A stretch of 64,000 nucleotides of DNA from Candidatus Micrarchaeota archaeon (lineage in GTDB: Archaea > Micrarchaeota > Micrarchaeia > Micrarchaeales > CABMGC01), in assembly GCA_046536795.1 (NCBI GenBank), contig JAWDMB010000001.1:186900-250899 (forward strand), written 5' to 3'. This document shows positions 1-7,904 of the stretch, one piece after another (within the stretch, counting starts at the first letter, position 1; each line of letters begins with the position of its first letter). The notes beneath the pieces are model-generated. The model made no database searches and was not told the origin of the DNA. It was given only the letters and a program-made list of their open reading frames with translations. The position numbers and the translations under genes are program-made.

Positions 1-1
1 A

Positions 2-523
2 ATTTACCTTATATTCCACTTCCTACCAATACTCTCACTGCAGCTTGTTCTGCTTATATTTACAAATGACTTAATAAACATCTCTATAGCAACAGACAAT
101 GTGGGCTATTCTAAGAGGCCTGCTGAATGGAATGTAAAGTCGATCACATATGCATCATCGGTGTTCGGTGTGCTTCTAGTGCTTCAGGCACTTGTGCTTT
201 CATATATAAACACAAGCATACTTCACCTGAGCGTTGCTGAATTCCAGACTGCGATATTCCTGATGTTTGTAATTACAGACAAGCTGGTGCTTTTCAATAT
301 AAGAACAAGAGATGTACCCACGTGGCGTATCAGGCCAAGTAATGCGTTAATGTTAGCAGCATTAAGCGGCATAATAGCGGGGCTACTGCTTTCCTATTAT
401 GGCATACTAATGGTGAGCATAAATGCATATACTGTGCTTACTGTAGTGATGCTTGCGCTTGCATTCTTCTTGATAACAGAATATATCAAGCCATCAATTT
501 TCAAGAAGTTCAACATATCATAA
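2..523 (+). CDS. P-type ATPase (type III, H+/Mg2+-like), C-terminal part; truncated by window start
   Basis: Frame is open from position 2. It reads LPILSLQLVLLIFTNDLINISIATDNV..SKRP..W, the M6 'ND...I..D' signature, followed by several TM helices. Confidence 0.8.
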   Translation: MYLIFHFLPILSLQLVLLIFTNDLINISIATDNVGYSKRPAEWNVKSITYASSVFGVLLVLQALVLSYINTSILHLSVAEFQTAIFLMFVITDKLVLFNIRTRDVPTWRIRPSNALMLAALSGIIAGLLLSYYGILMVSINAYTVLTVVMLALAFFLITEYIKPSIFKKFNIS

Positions 524-918
524 CTAAATGTTTCATAAGTTTTTCAAGCTCATGATAGTTCGGTTGTGAAGCCCACCATTACTCAAAGTTTTAATGGTTC
601 AGACGCGTATCAATCTGTTGCAAAAGCTTTAAATAAATTTACATTGTCATATGGCTATGACAAGAGTGACCAAAATGGACGAGGGAAAAGATAAAAAGCA
701 GCCCAAGAAGAAATAAATATATGAAGATTTAAGTATTGAGGGTGGGGGATCCGTTGGGGATGAGCCCACCAAATTTACTTACTTATATCGAATACGCTAA
801 TTTGCTTTTTCTTTTTTGTCGTCTTTGCTAAGCGGTTGGTACTTTTCTCTTCTTCACCATAGTTTTTTGCTTCCATCAAGAACATAATAGAAAAAAGTGT
901 TATAAGAAACTAAAACGG

Positions 919-2424
919 CTAGAATAGAAGCTCTTTGTTTACCTTATCTGTGTTCCTTTTTTCAACTCTTGAATATGTTTGCTCATCTCTATTTGCAAAA
1001 ATCTTTGCTACTTTTATTATATTCGGATATTTTTCAGAAAGTCTATTTAGCATCGCCAGAGCAATGCGCCTATACTCTGGATGTGCTTCCTTTGTAGACC
1101 TGTTCTCTATAATGTAAATCGCTTCACCAAGCCCCATGTGCATTCTCATTTTTGCGCTAGTTGCAAGAGGCATTAGGAGTTTTGCCTCATCTGTGAAACC
1201 CATTTCGCTAAGCTTTCTTCTTGCATCTGCAACTTCGCTTAAAGTTTGCATTATAGATTCAAACAGTTTACTTGTGATTATCTCTTTCGGCAGGTAAATA
1301 ATACTATCATCTATGAAGTAATTTTTAATTGTATCGCGGTGCCTCTGTAAATCCCTTAGTGAACCTACGCTTATATCAAAATCAAATAAAATAGAACCAA
1401 TGCCAAAGACTGTGCTGTTCAAAGCATCATATTTGCCTTGTCTTTCGCTCGTTAAACGTTCAATGTAATTTAATACATTTTCCTTGCTTATATTGGCGAT
1501 ATGTGCTATTTCTTCAAGGAGTGTGTCTTCGTTGATGCCATAAATTTCAACCCTCTCTTCGTCAAAGCTCTTTATTATAGGCTTTCTGAACGTTTGGTTT
1601 ACCTTTCTAGTATTATTAAAATACGCGGTCTCGAATGGGTCCGGGTCAAGATGCCTTGAAATAGAAGGCAGGTTTTCAGATATAACCTGCTTTAAGCCTT
1701 TTCCCATTATGTTGCAAGTTCTGTCATTCTCTGCTAGGAGTTTCTTTGTTATATTCTCAAGAGTTTTTGCATTAGTTGAAAGAAAAACAACCGTTTCCAT
1801 ACCCATTGGAAGAAGGCCACGAACAAGATCCCTTGCGGTGGGCTCTATTACTGTTTTAATATATTCGCTATCGGGTTCATTTTTATTCTCTTTTGTGTAC
1901 TGCTCCTTTAATATTTCCACCATTTCATTGAATGCTGATTTATAAATATTCAAGAGTTTGTTAGCCGCACTTATAAAGGTAGACAGCGCTTCTTCGTTTT
2001 CTTTAATACTTTCTGGTATATAAAGCTCGCTAAACTCAACGTACCTTGTTGACCTCTCTTGTGAAGCTAAAAATCGCTCATCATGTATACGAAGTGCAAC
2101 CCATATGGGTGCAACTATAGCTATAAGTGTATGAACCTGCTCAAGTACGTTGTTGTGGCCTAATTGATTGACTATTTCATCAAGCGCCTGTCTCGCCTTT
2201 TCAATTAGGTTCTCGTTACTTAGATAGCTATCACTTTTTCTAATAACTCTTTTGAGAAGGGTCTCTCCTTCTTTCGGATTTATCCTGCTAGCATTGCTTA
2301 TCTCGACGAATGCTTGGCTTTCGGGCTCAGGCTCTATCTTATAATAAATTATTGCTAACCCACCATACTCATAAAGCCTATAATGCTCTCCTTCACTCAA
2401 TTTAAAAAGGATATCCCCCTGCAT
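919..2424 (-). CDS. thyX: FAD-dependent thymidylate synthase, tandem two-domain type
   Basis: QERSTRY, ARDLVRGLLP, RDLQRHR and AHPEYR motifs; about twice the length of single-domain ThyX. Confidence 0.8.
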   Translation of the reverse strand: MQGDILFKLSEGEHYRLYEYGGLAIIYYKIEPEPESQAFVEISNASRINPKEGETLLKRVIRKSDSYLSNENLIEKARQALDEIVNQLGHNNVLEQVHTLIAIVAPIWVALRIHDERFLASQERSTRYVEFSELYIPESIKENEEALSTFISAANKLLNIYKSAFNEMVEILKEQYTKENKNEPDSEYIKTVIEPTARDLVRGLLPMGMETVVFLSTNAKTLENITKKLLAENDRTCNIMGKGLKQVISENLPSISRHLDPDPFETAYFNNTRKVNQTFRKPIIKSFDEERVEIYGINEDTLLEEIAHIANISKENVLNYIERLTSERQGKYDALNSTVFGIGSILFDFDISVGSLRDLQRHRDTIKNYFIDDSIIYLPKEIITSKLFESIMQTLSEVADARRKLSEMGFTDEAKLLMPLATSAKMRMHMGLGEAIYIIENRSTKEAHPEYRRIALAMLNRLSEKYPNIIKVAKIFANRDEQTYSRVEKRNTDKVNKELLF

Positions 2425-2603
2425 ATAAGCAAATTTTAAGTTTTATTTTAAATAGTTTGCCTTATAAAATGCGGAAAGCTAGTAATAGACTTATAGTGCT
2501 AAAGTAAAGCTTTTGCTATATGCAAAGAAGGGGAAGGGAAAAGAAAGAAATAAATATATTAATATAGGATAAATAACCTATATCTATCAAATCCTGGGAT
2601 TAC

Positions 2604-3173
2604 ATGAAAGTAGAATTTATTGAAAATACTCCAACAGCGATAAGATTTAATATAAGTGGCGTGGATGTAGATTTCGTCAATACGCTAAGGCGTATTATAA
2701 TAAGTAGAGTAAAGACATTTGCTATTGACAAAGTTACTTTTTATATTAATACAAGCTCCATGTTCGACGAATATATAGCACACAGGATAGGCCTTATACC
2801 ATTAATAACGCCAACCGAGGGCTATGATGAGAAAGACGAGATATTATTTAATCTTGATATGGAAGGTCCAGGAACAGTTTACTCAAAAGACCTTATAAGC
2901 ACTGATAAGAACGTAAAGGTTGCATTCGATGACATACCAATAATAAAGCTTGCAGAAGGTCAAAGGATAAAGCTTGATGGCAAGGCTGTTATGGGAAACG
3001 GTTCAAAAAGTGCAAAATTCCAGCCCGGCCTAGCAACATACGAAAAGAAAGATGAGCAAAATTATGAGTTTTATATTGAGACATTTGGTCAAATGAGTGC
3101 AAGGGAAATTTTAAATAAAGCATTGGAGATAATAGAAGAGGATTTAAAAGCTACGGAAAAAGAATTAAAATGA
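2604..3173 (+). CDS. rpoD: RNA polymerase subunit D (Rpo3), short form
   Basis: FVNTLRR, NTSSMFDEYIAHRIGLIPL, AKFQP; sits upstream of tRNA-Leu and rpl18e. Confidence 0.95.
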   Translation: MKVEFIENTPTAIRFNISGVDVDFVNTLRRIIISRVKTFAIDKVTFYINTSSMFDEYIAHRIGLIPLITPTEGYDEKDEILFNLDMEGPGTVYSKDLISTDKNVKVAFDDIPIIKLAEGQRIKLDGKAVMGNGSKSAKFQPGLATYEKKDEQNYEFYIETFGQMSAREILNKALEIIEEDLKATEKELK

Positions 3174-3176
3174 TGC

Positions 3177-3275
3177 GCGGGGGTGGCGGAGCCTGGTCAA
3201 ACGCGCAGGACTGAGGATTTTATCAGAACTCCTGTAGCTTTAGAGCTTGCGTGAGTTCAAATCTCACCCCCCGCA
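3177..3275 (+). tRNA. tRNA-Leu(GAG) with 12-nt intron at 37/38 (3217-3228)
   Basis: Acceptor GCGGGGG/CCCCCGC-A; anticodon stem CAGGA/TCCTG; long variable arm; BHB helix CTGA/TCAG. Confidence 0.93.
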
Positions 3276-3287
3276 TAGGTGGTGTTT

Positions 3288-3641
3288 ATGAAAAGTTACA
3301 TAGAGAAAGATCAAATAAACGAGTGGCTTTCAAAAATAGACAAAGCCTTTGCTGCTGGAGCTAAGAGCAAAGGCTTTATAGAGCATCTGAGAGAGCTTTC
3401 TAGTCTGCCTAGAAGGAAGAGGATAAAGGTAAACATTAGAAAGCTTGATAAGGTTGCAAAAGATGGCGATTATATTATTGTGCCTGGCAAAGTTCTTGGC
3501 GTGGGCAATACAAATAAGAAGTTTAATATAGCAGCTATAGAGTATTCATCTTCCGCAGCTGAAAAGCTTAAAAAGGGAGGATGTAATATTATTAACATAG
3601 AAGAGGCTTTAAAGGCAAAGGAGCCTAAAATTATAATATAA
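3288..3641 (+). CDS. rpl18e: Ribosomal protein eL18
   Basis: PRRKRIKVN, IIVPGKVLG, SSAAEKL; operon context. Confidence 0.93.
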   Translation: MKSYIEKDQINEWLSKIDKAFAAGAKSKGFIEHLRELSSLPRRKRIKVNIRKLDKVAKDGDYIIVPGKVLGVGNTNKKFNIAAIEYSSSAAEKLKKGGCNIINIEEALKAKEPKIII

Positions 3642-3653
3642 TGTTTGATTTTT

Positions 3654-4085
3654 ATGACTGAGAGAATTATCGATGGAGAAGGTACAATCCTTGGAAGAGC
3701 AGCAAGCAAGATAGCCAAGATGCTGCTTAACGGCGATAACGTTGTTTTGCTTAATGCTGAGAAAATGCTTATTAGCGGGCATGAGAGGAACATAATAGAT
3801 AACTACAAGCATAAGCTTAATCTTAAGGATAAGGCAAATCCAGAGCATTCGCCATACTGGTCAAGAAAGCCGGATCTGTTTGTAAAGAGAGTTATAAGGG
3901 GCATGCTCCCTTATAAAAAAGCAAAGGGAAAAAAGGCCTACAAGCGACTTAGAGTTTATGTTGGTGTTCCAGAAAGCTATAAAAATAAGAAGCCCGAAGA
4001 GATAGAGAAGAAAGATATTAAAAAGATGTTTGAAAATGTAATAAGCGTTAAGGAGCTTTCTGAAAAGCTCGGATACAAGGCTTAA
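3654..4085 (+). CDS. rpl13: Ribosomal protein uL13
   Basis: IDGEGTILGRAAS, KRVIRGMLPYK, RLRVYVGVP. Confidence 0.96.
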   Translation: MTERIIDGEGTILGRAASKIAKMLLNGDNVVLLNAEKMLISGHERNIIDNYKHKLNLKDKANPEHSPYWSRKPDLFVKRVIRGMLPYKKAKGKKAYKRLRVYVGVPESYKNKKPEEIEKKDIKKMFENVISVKELSEKLGYKA

Positions 4086-4097
4086 TAGCGTGATTAC

Positions 4098-4619
4098 TTG
4101 GAACAGAATCAAAACATAGAAAACTTAAACAAAGAGCTTGGTTCGCTTTCACCTCAAGCACAGGCTGAAGGAGCAAAGAAAGTAGCAAAAACTAGGAGGA
4201 AAGCGCCTAAGCAAAAGGTGATTCTGGTAAAGAGTAAGAGGAAGGAGGCGGTAGCGAGAGCAAAGCTTGTAAAGGGAAATGGCATAATAAAGATAAATGG
4301 CGTTAGCATAGAGCTTATTAAGCCCGTTGAGGCAAGAGAGCTTATTCTAGAGCCTGTTAATTTTTCAAACCTCACTAAAGAGATAGCAAGCTCATCGAAT
4401 ATATATGTAAATGTTAAGGGTGGTGGAGCTAGCGGTCAAGCACAGGCTGCAAGGAATGCAATAGCAAAAGCGATAGCAGCCGCAGCAAACAGTGATATTG
4501 TGAGAAAGGCTTATATGAGATATGACAGAACACTTTTGATCGATGATGTTAGACAGGTTGAGCCTAAGAAGTTCCTTGGACCTAAAGCGAGGGCGAGATT
4601 CCAGACATCATATAGGTGA
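4098..4619 (+). CDS. rps9: Ribosomal protein uS9 (TTG start, N-terminal extension)
   Basis: KRKEAVARA, VKGGG.SGQA.AAR, EPKKFLGPKARARFQTSYR. Confidence 0.96.
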   Translation: MEQNQNIENLNKELGSLSPQAQAEGAKKVAKTRRKAPKQKVILVKSKRKEAVARAKLVKGNGIIKINGVSIELIKPVEARELILEPVNFSNLTKEIASSSNIYVNVKGGGASGQAQAARNAIAKAIAAAANSDIVRKAYMRYDRTLLIDDVRQVEPKKFLGPKARARFQTSYR

Positions 4620-4628
4620 GGTGAGAAT

Positions 4629-4826
4629 ATGATGATACCAGTGAGATGTTTCTCATGTGGTCAGGTAATTGGCAACAAATGGGAAAAATTTAAAGCAAGA
4701 GTGGATAACGGAGAAGACCCAGAGAAGGTATTAGATGACCTCGGAGTGAAGAGATATTGTTGCAGGCGCATGCTAATATCGCATGTTGACCTAATAGATG
4801 AGATAATCGATTATGGTAGGAAATGA
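4629..4826 (+). CDS. rpoN: RNA polymerase subunit N (Rpo10)
   Basis: IPVRCFSCG and RYCCRRML motifs. Confidence 0.97.
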   Translation: MMIPVRCFSCGQVIGNKWEKFKARVDNGEDPEKVLDDLGVKRYCCRRMLISHVDLIDEIIDYGRK

Positions 4827-4871
4827 AAAGCGATAAAGATAAAAAATAATAGAGACAAAATATTGAATGTC

Positions 4872-4971
4872 GGGGTCGTCTGCTAGCCTGGTTAGGCTCT
4901 GTGCTTAGGGGGCACATGACCCGAGATTAAACGGGAATTCAAAATGTCTCATGAAAATCTCGGCGACCCCG
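4872..4971 (+). tRNA. tRNA-Pro with anticodon AGG and two introns (53/54: 4926-4937; 59/60: 4944-4957)
   Basis: Acceptor GGGGTCG/CGACCCC; anticodon arm TGTGC-TTAGGGG-GCACA; T stem CCGAG/CTCGG. Removing two BHB-like introns restores the TTCAAAT loop. Occupies the usual archaeal tRNA-Pro slot after rpoN. Confidence 0.85.
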
Positions 4972-4987
4972 AAAAAAAGGTGTATAA

Positions 4988-5602
4988 ATGGCGGATGAAT
5001 TGCTTATAGACCAAGCAACCTATCTAGAAGCTGGAGTACACATAGGTACAAAGGTAAAGACGCCCGGAATGAAAAGATTTATTTACAAGATTAGGGAAGA
5101 TGGTCTTTATCTTCTAGACCTGCCAGAGATAGATAGAAGAATAAGGCTTGCGGCTAAGATGCTTGCTAGATATGATGAGAAGGAAATTGTTGTTACCGCA
5201 TCAAGAATTTATGCTATAGCAGCAGCTTCAAAGTTTGCCGAGATAACTAAAACAAGACTTTTGCAAGGTAGAATCATGCCGGGGGTGTTTACAAATCCAA
5301 ACAGAGATGACTTTATAGAGCCGGCTATCGTGCTTGTTAGCGATACGAGAAACGAAAAGCAGGCTGTAAAAGAGGCAAGCAAGACAAACATACCTGTTAT
5401 AGCTCTTTGTGATACTGATAATTGGATAAAGTTTGTCGATCTTATAATACCATGCAACAACAAAGGAAGGCGCTCTCTAGCTGTAGTATATTATTTGCTA
5501 GCAAGGGAATTCTTAAAGGAGAAAGGTATAATAAAATCTAATGATGAGTTTAATTATAAGATCTCAGATTTCGAGGCAAAGGTGGAGATGAAGACTAAAT
5601 AG
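4988..5602 (+). CDS. rps2: Ribosomal protein uS2
   Basis: YLEAGVHIGTK, IPVIALCDTDN, DLIIPCNNKGRRSL. Confidence 0.97.
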   Translation: MADELLIDQATYLEAGVHIGTKVKTPGMKRFIYKIREDGLYLLDLPEIDRRIRLAAKMLARYDEKEIVVTASRIYAIAAASKFAEITKTRLLQGRIMPGVFTNPNRDDFIEPAIVLVSDTRNEKQAVKEASKTNIPVIALCDTDNWIKFVDLIIPCNNKGRRSLAVVYYLLAREFLKEKGIIKSNDEFNYKISDFEAKVEMKTK

Positions 5603-6142
5603 ATGATGGGCTTGAAGCTCCAAGCTGCCGTTGATTTTTTAATGTCTTATGGAATAGCTCTTATAATAATTATAATCGCTGTTGCTGTTATATATAAAGT
5701 TGGTGTGCTTAATCCTACAGCCGCGCCGGTTGTATGTGTGCCTTCTCCTGGTTTTGCGTGCGGACTTTTTGCTATAAATAGAACTGGAAGTCTTACCATA
5801 TACCTATCTCAAGCAACAGGTGGGCCAATAATTGTTCATGGAATTGCCTGCTCTTCAGCAATTAATGGAAGCAACAACAATCCCGCTTTTGGAAATATAT
5901 ATGTAACAGCAAACTCAGTATATTATCCTTACAATGCATATCCCAACAATGCATTGCTGAACGGAATAACAATATATAGTGGTAGCGGCTATAACTTCAA
6001 GGCAAATTGCTACAACAATGTTGGCGTAGCCTCTGGTGCACTAGGAAATGTGTTTACAGGGTATGTTTGGCTTAACTATACAATACCTGGCTACGCCTCT
6101 ACAATACAGGAAGTAGCCGCAATAAGCTTAAAGTATACTTAG
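5603..6142 (+). CDS. Pilin-like surface protein with class III-type signal peptide
   Basis: KL/QAAVDFLMSYG followed by a hydrophobic helix, then a Cys/Asn/Gly-rich globular part with N-x-S/T sequons. Confidence 0.7.
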   Translation: MMGLKLQAAVDFLMSYGIALIIIIIAVAVIYKVGVLNPTAAPVVCVPSPGFACGLFAINRTGSLTIYLSQATGGPIIVHGIACSSAINGSNNNPAFGNIYVTANSVYYPYNAYPNNALLNGITIYSGSGYNFKANCYNNVGVASGALGNVFTGYVWLNYTIPGYASTIQEVAAISLKYT

Positions 6143-7806
6143 CCCCCGTATTTCTTAAATTTCTCTATTTCTTCTTCACCTATCTTTTTAAATAATGGCT
6201 GGGGTTTATTTATGTTTAGTTTTGAACCGCTTCTTAAATTGCTTTCCAGGCAGCTTGCATGTGGTGAACTCTCGTTAAAGAATGCAAGAATTTTGGAGCT
6301 TGTCTCCGGAACAAAAGGGTAAAGCATGTTTCCGAGCTTGAAAACAGTATCAAGCAAAATGTATACAATGTTGCTGAGCTTCTGCTTTGACTTTTCATCA
6401 TCTTTTTTTGCAAGAGCCCAAGGCTCTGTATTGCTTATAAAGCTATTCCCTATAGAAGCAATCTCTAAAATATTTTTAAGCGCTTCTCTTATCTTAATAG
6501 ATTTGAAGTTCTTAAAGTATTCCTTCACTTTATTCTCTATTTCTTTTATTGTCTTTTTCTCCTCACGGCCTAGCAGATCCTCATTTAGCAATGGAACTTC
6601 ATTTCCAAAATTTGAAACAGCAAGGACAAGTGACCTGTGAATAAAATTGCCAAGCAAATTGTTAAGGTCGTTGTTTACTATTTCTACTATCCTTTCTATT
6701 GATAGCTCAACATCAGCCCCTTCAGGCAATAGCTCAGCCAATATAAAACGCCAGTAATCTGCAGGCAGTATCTCAAGTGCATTCTCTATATTAAGCCCTA
6801 TCCCTTTGCTTTTTGAGAATTTAAGCCCGTGCGCAAGAAGGTATTCATAAGCATAGATTGTATAAGGTAATACAAAACCCTTCTTTGAGCCTATAAGTAT
6901 GCCTGGCCACATAAGGGTATGAAATTCAATATTGTCCTTACCCATGAACTGAATAAGCCTTGACTTGCCTAGCCAGTAATCCTTCCATTTCTCATTGCTC
7001 CACTCTTTTGTTATTCCAATATAACCTATAACAGCATCAAACCAAACATAAAATACCTTATCTTCAAAGCCCTTTAATGGTACAGGGAATCCCCACTTTA
7101 GGTCCCTTGTTATTTCTCTTGCCTCAAGTCCGCGGCTTATATAATTAAGCGAATGATTTATCGCATTCTTGCTCCAGTTGTGTTTTGAATTCTTCTCGAT
7201 AAATGCTCTTATCTCGTTTTCAAGTGCTTTCATGTCAAATGCAAGATTTGTTGTTTCCTTAAAAACAATATCACTCTTTCCGCATATCGTGCAATATGGC
7301 TTTATTAATTCGTGTGGAGTTAGGAGCCTGCCACAATTTTCGCATTGGTCACCACGTGCATGCTCATAGCCACAATAAGGGCATGTGCCTTCTATTAGCC
7401 TATCTGTCAAGAAACGCTTGTCAACATTACAATAAGGTAGTTCAGACTTAACCTCCTTTATGTAACCATTATTGTAAAGCGCATTGAATATATCATATAC
7501 TGTTTCCTTGTTTTCTTCAGTATCTGTTTTGCCGTAGTATGTGAATGTGCATTCAAATTTTTCTAATGCCTCTTTTATCTTATTGTGCATTGTGTCAGCA
7601 AGCTCTTTTGGAGTAGTTCCTTTTTTAATTGCCTGCAACTCTATAGGTGTGCCGTGCTGGTCGCTACCACATATGAATATAGCATCCTCTCCGTGCATCT
7701 TCATAAACTTAAAATAAATATCTGCAGGCAAGATAGAGCCCACTAAATTGCCAAGATGCGGCATGCCTTCGGCATATGGAAGTGCGGATGTTATTATATA
7801 CTTCAT
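6139..7806 (-). CDS. metG: Methionyl-tRNA synthetase
   Basis: TSALPY..HLGN, Zn-knuckle cysteines, YVWFDA, KFSKS. Confidence 0.96.
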   Translation of the reverse strand: MKYIITSALPYAEGMPHLGNLVGSILPADIYFKFMKMHGEDAIFICGSDQHGTPIELQAIKKGTTPKELADTMHNKIKEALEKFECTFTYYGKTDTEENKETVYDIFNALYNNGYIKEVKSELPYCNVDKRFLTDRLIEGTCPYCGYEHARGDQCENCGRLLTPHELIKPYCTICGKSDIVFKETTNLAFDMKALENEIRAFIEKNSKHNWSKNAINHSLNYISRGLEAREITRDLKWGFPVPLKGFEDKVFYVWFDAVIGYIGITKEWSNEKWKDYWLGKSRLIQFMGKDNIEFHTLMWPGILIGSKKGFVLPYTIYAYEYLLAHGLKFSKSKGIGLNIENALEILPADYWRFILAELLPEGADVELSIERIVEIVNNDLNNLLGNFIHRSLVLAVSNFGNEVPLLNEDLLGREEKKTIKEIENKVKEYFKNFKSIKIREALKNILEIASIGNSFISNTEPWALAKKDDEKSKQKLSNIVYILLDTVFKLGNMLYPFVPETSSKILAFFNESSPHASCLESNLRSGSKLNINKPQPLFKKIGEEEIEKFKKYGG

Positions 7807-7904
7807 GAAACAACCAATCAAAGTAACTTGTAAATATCTTTTATAATATACATTTTTTATTGTTTTTGATTATATTGTTTATTGTTTTCTTATCAGGGGG
7901 TATT

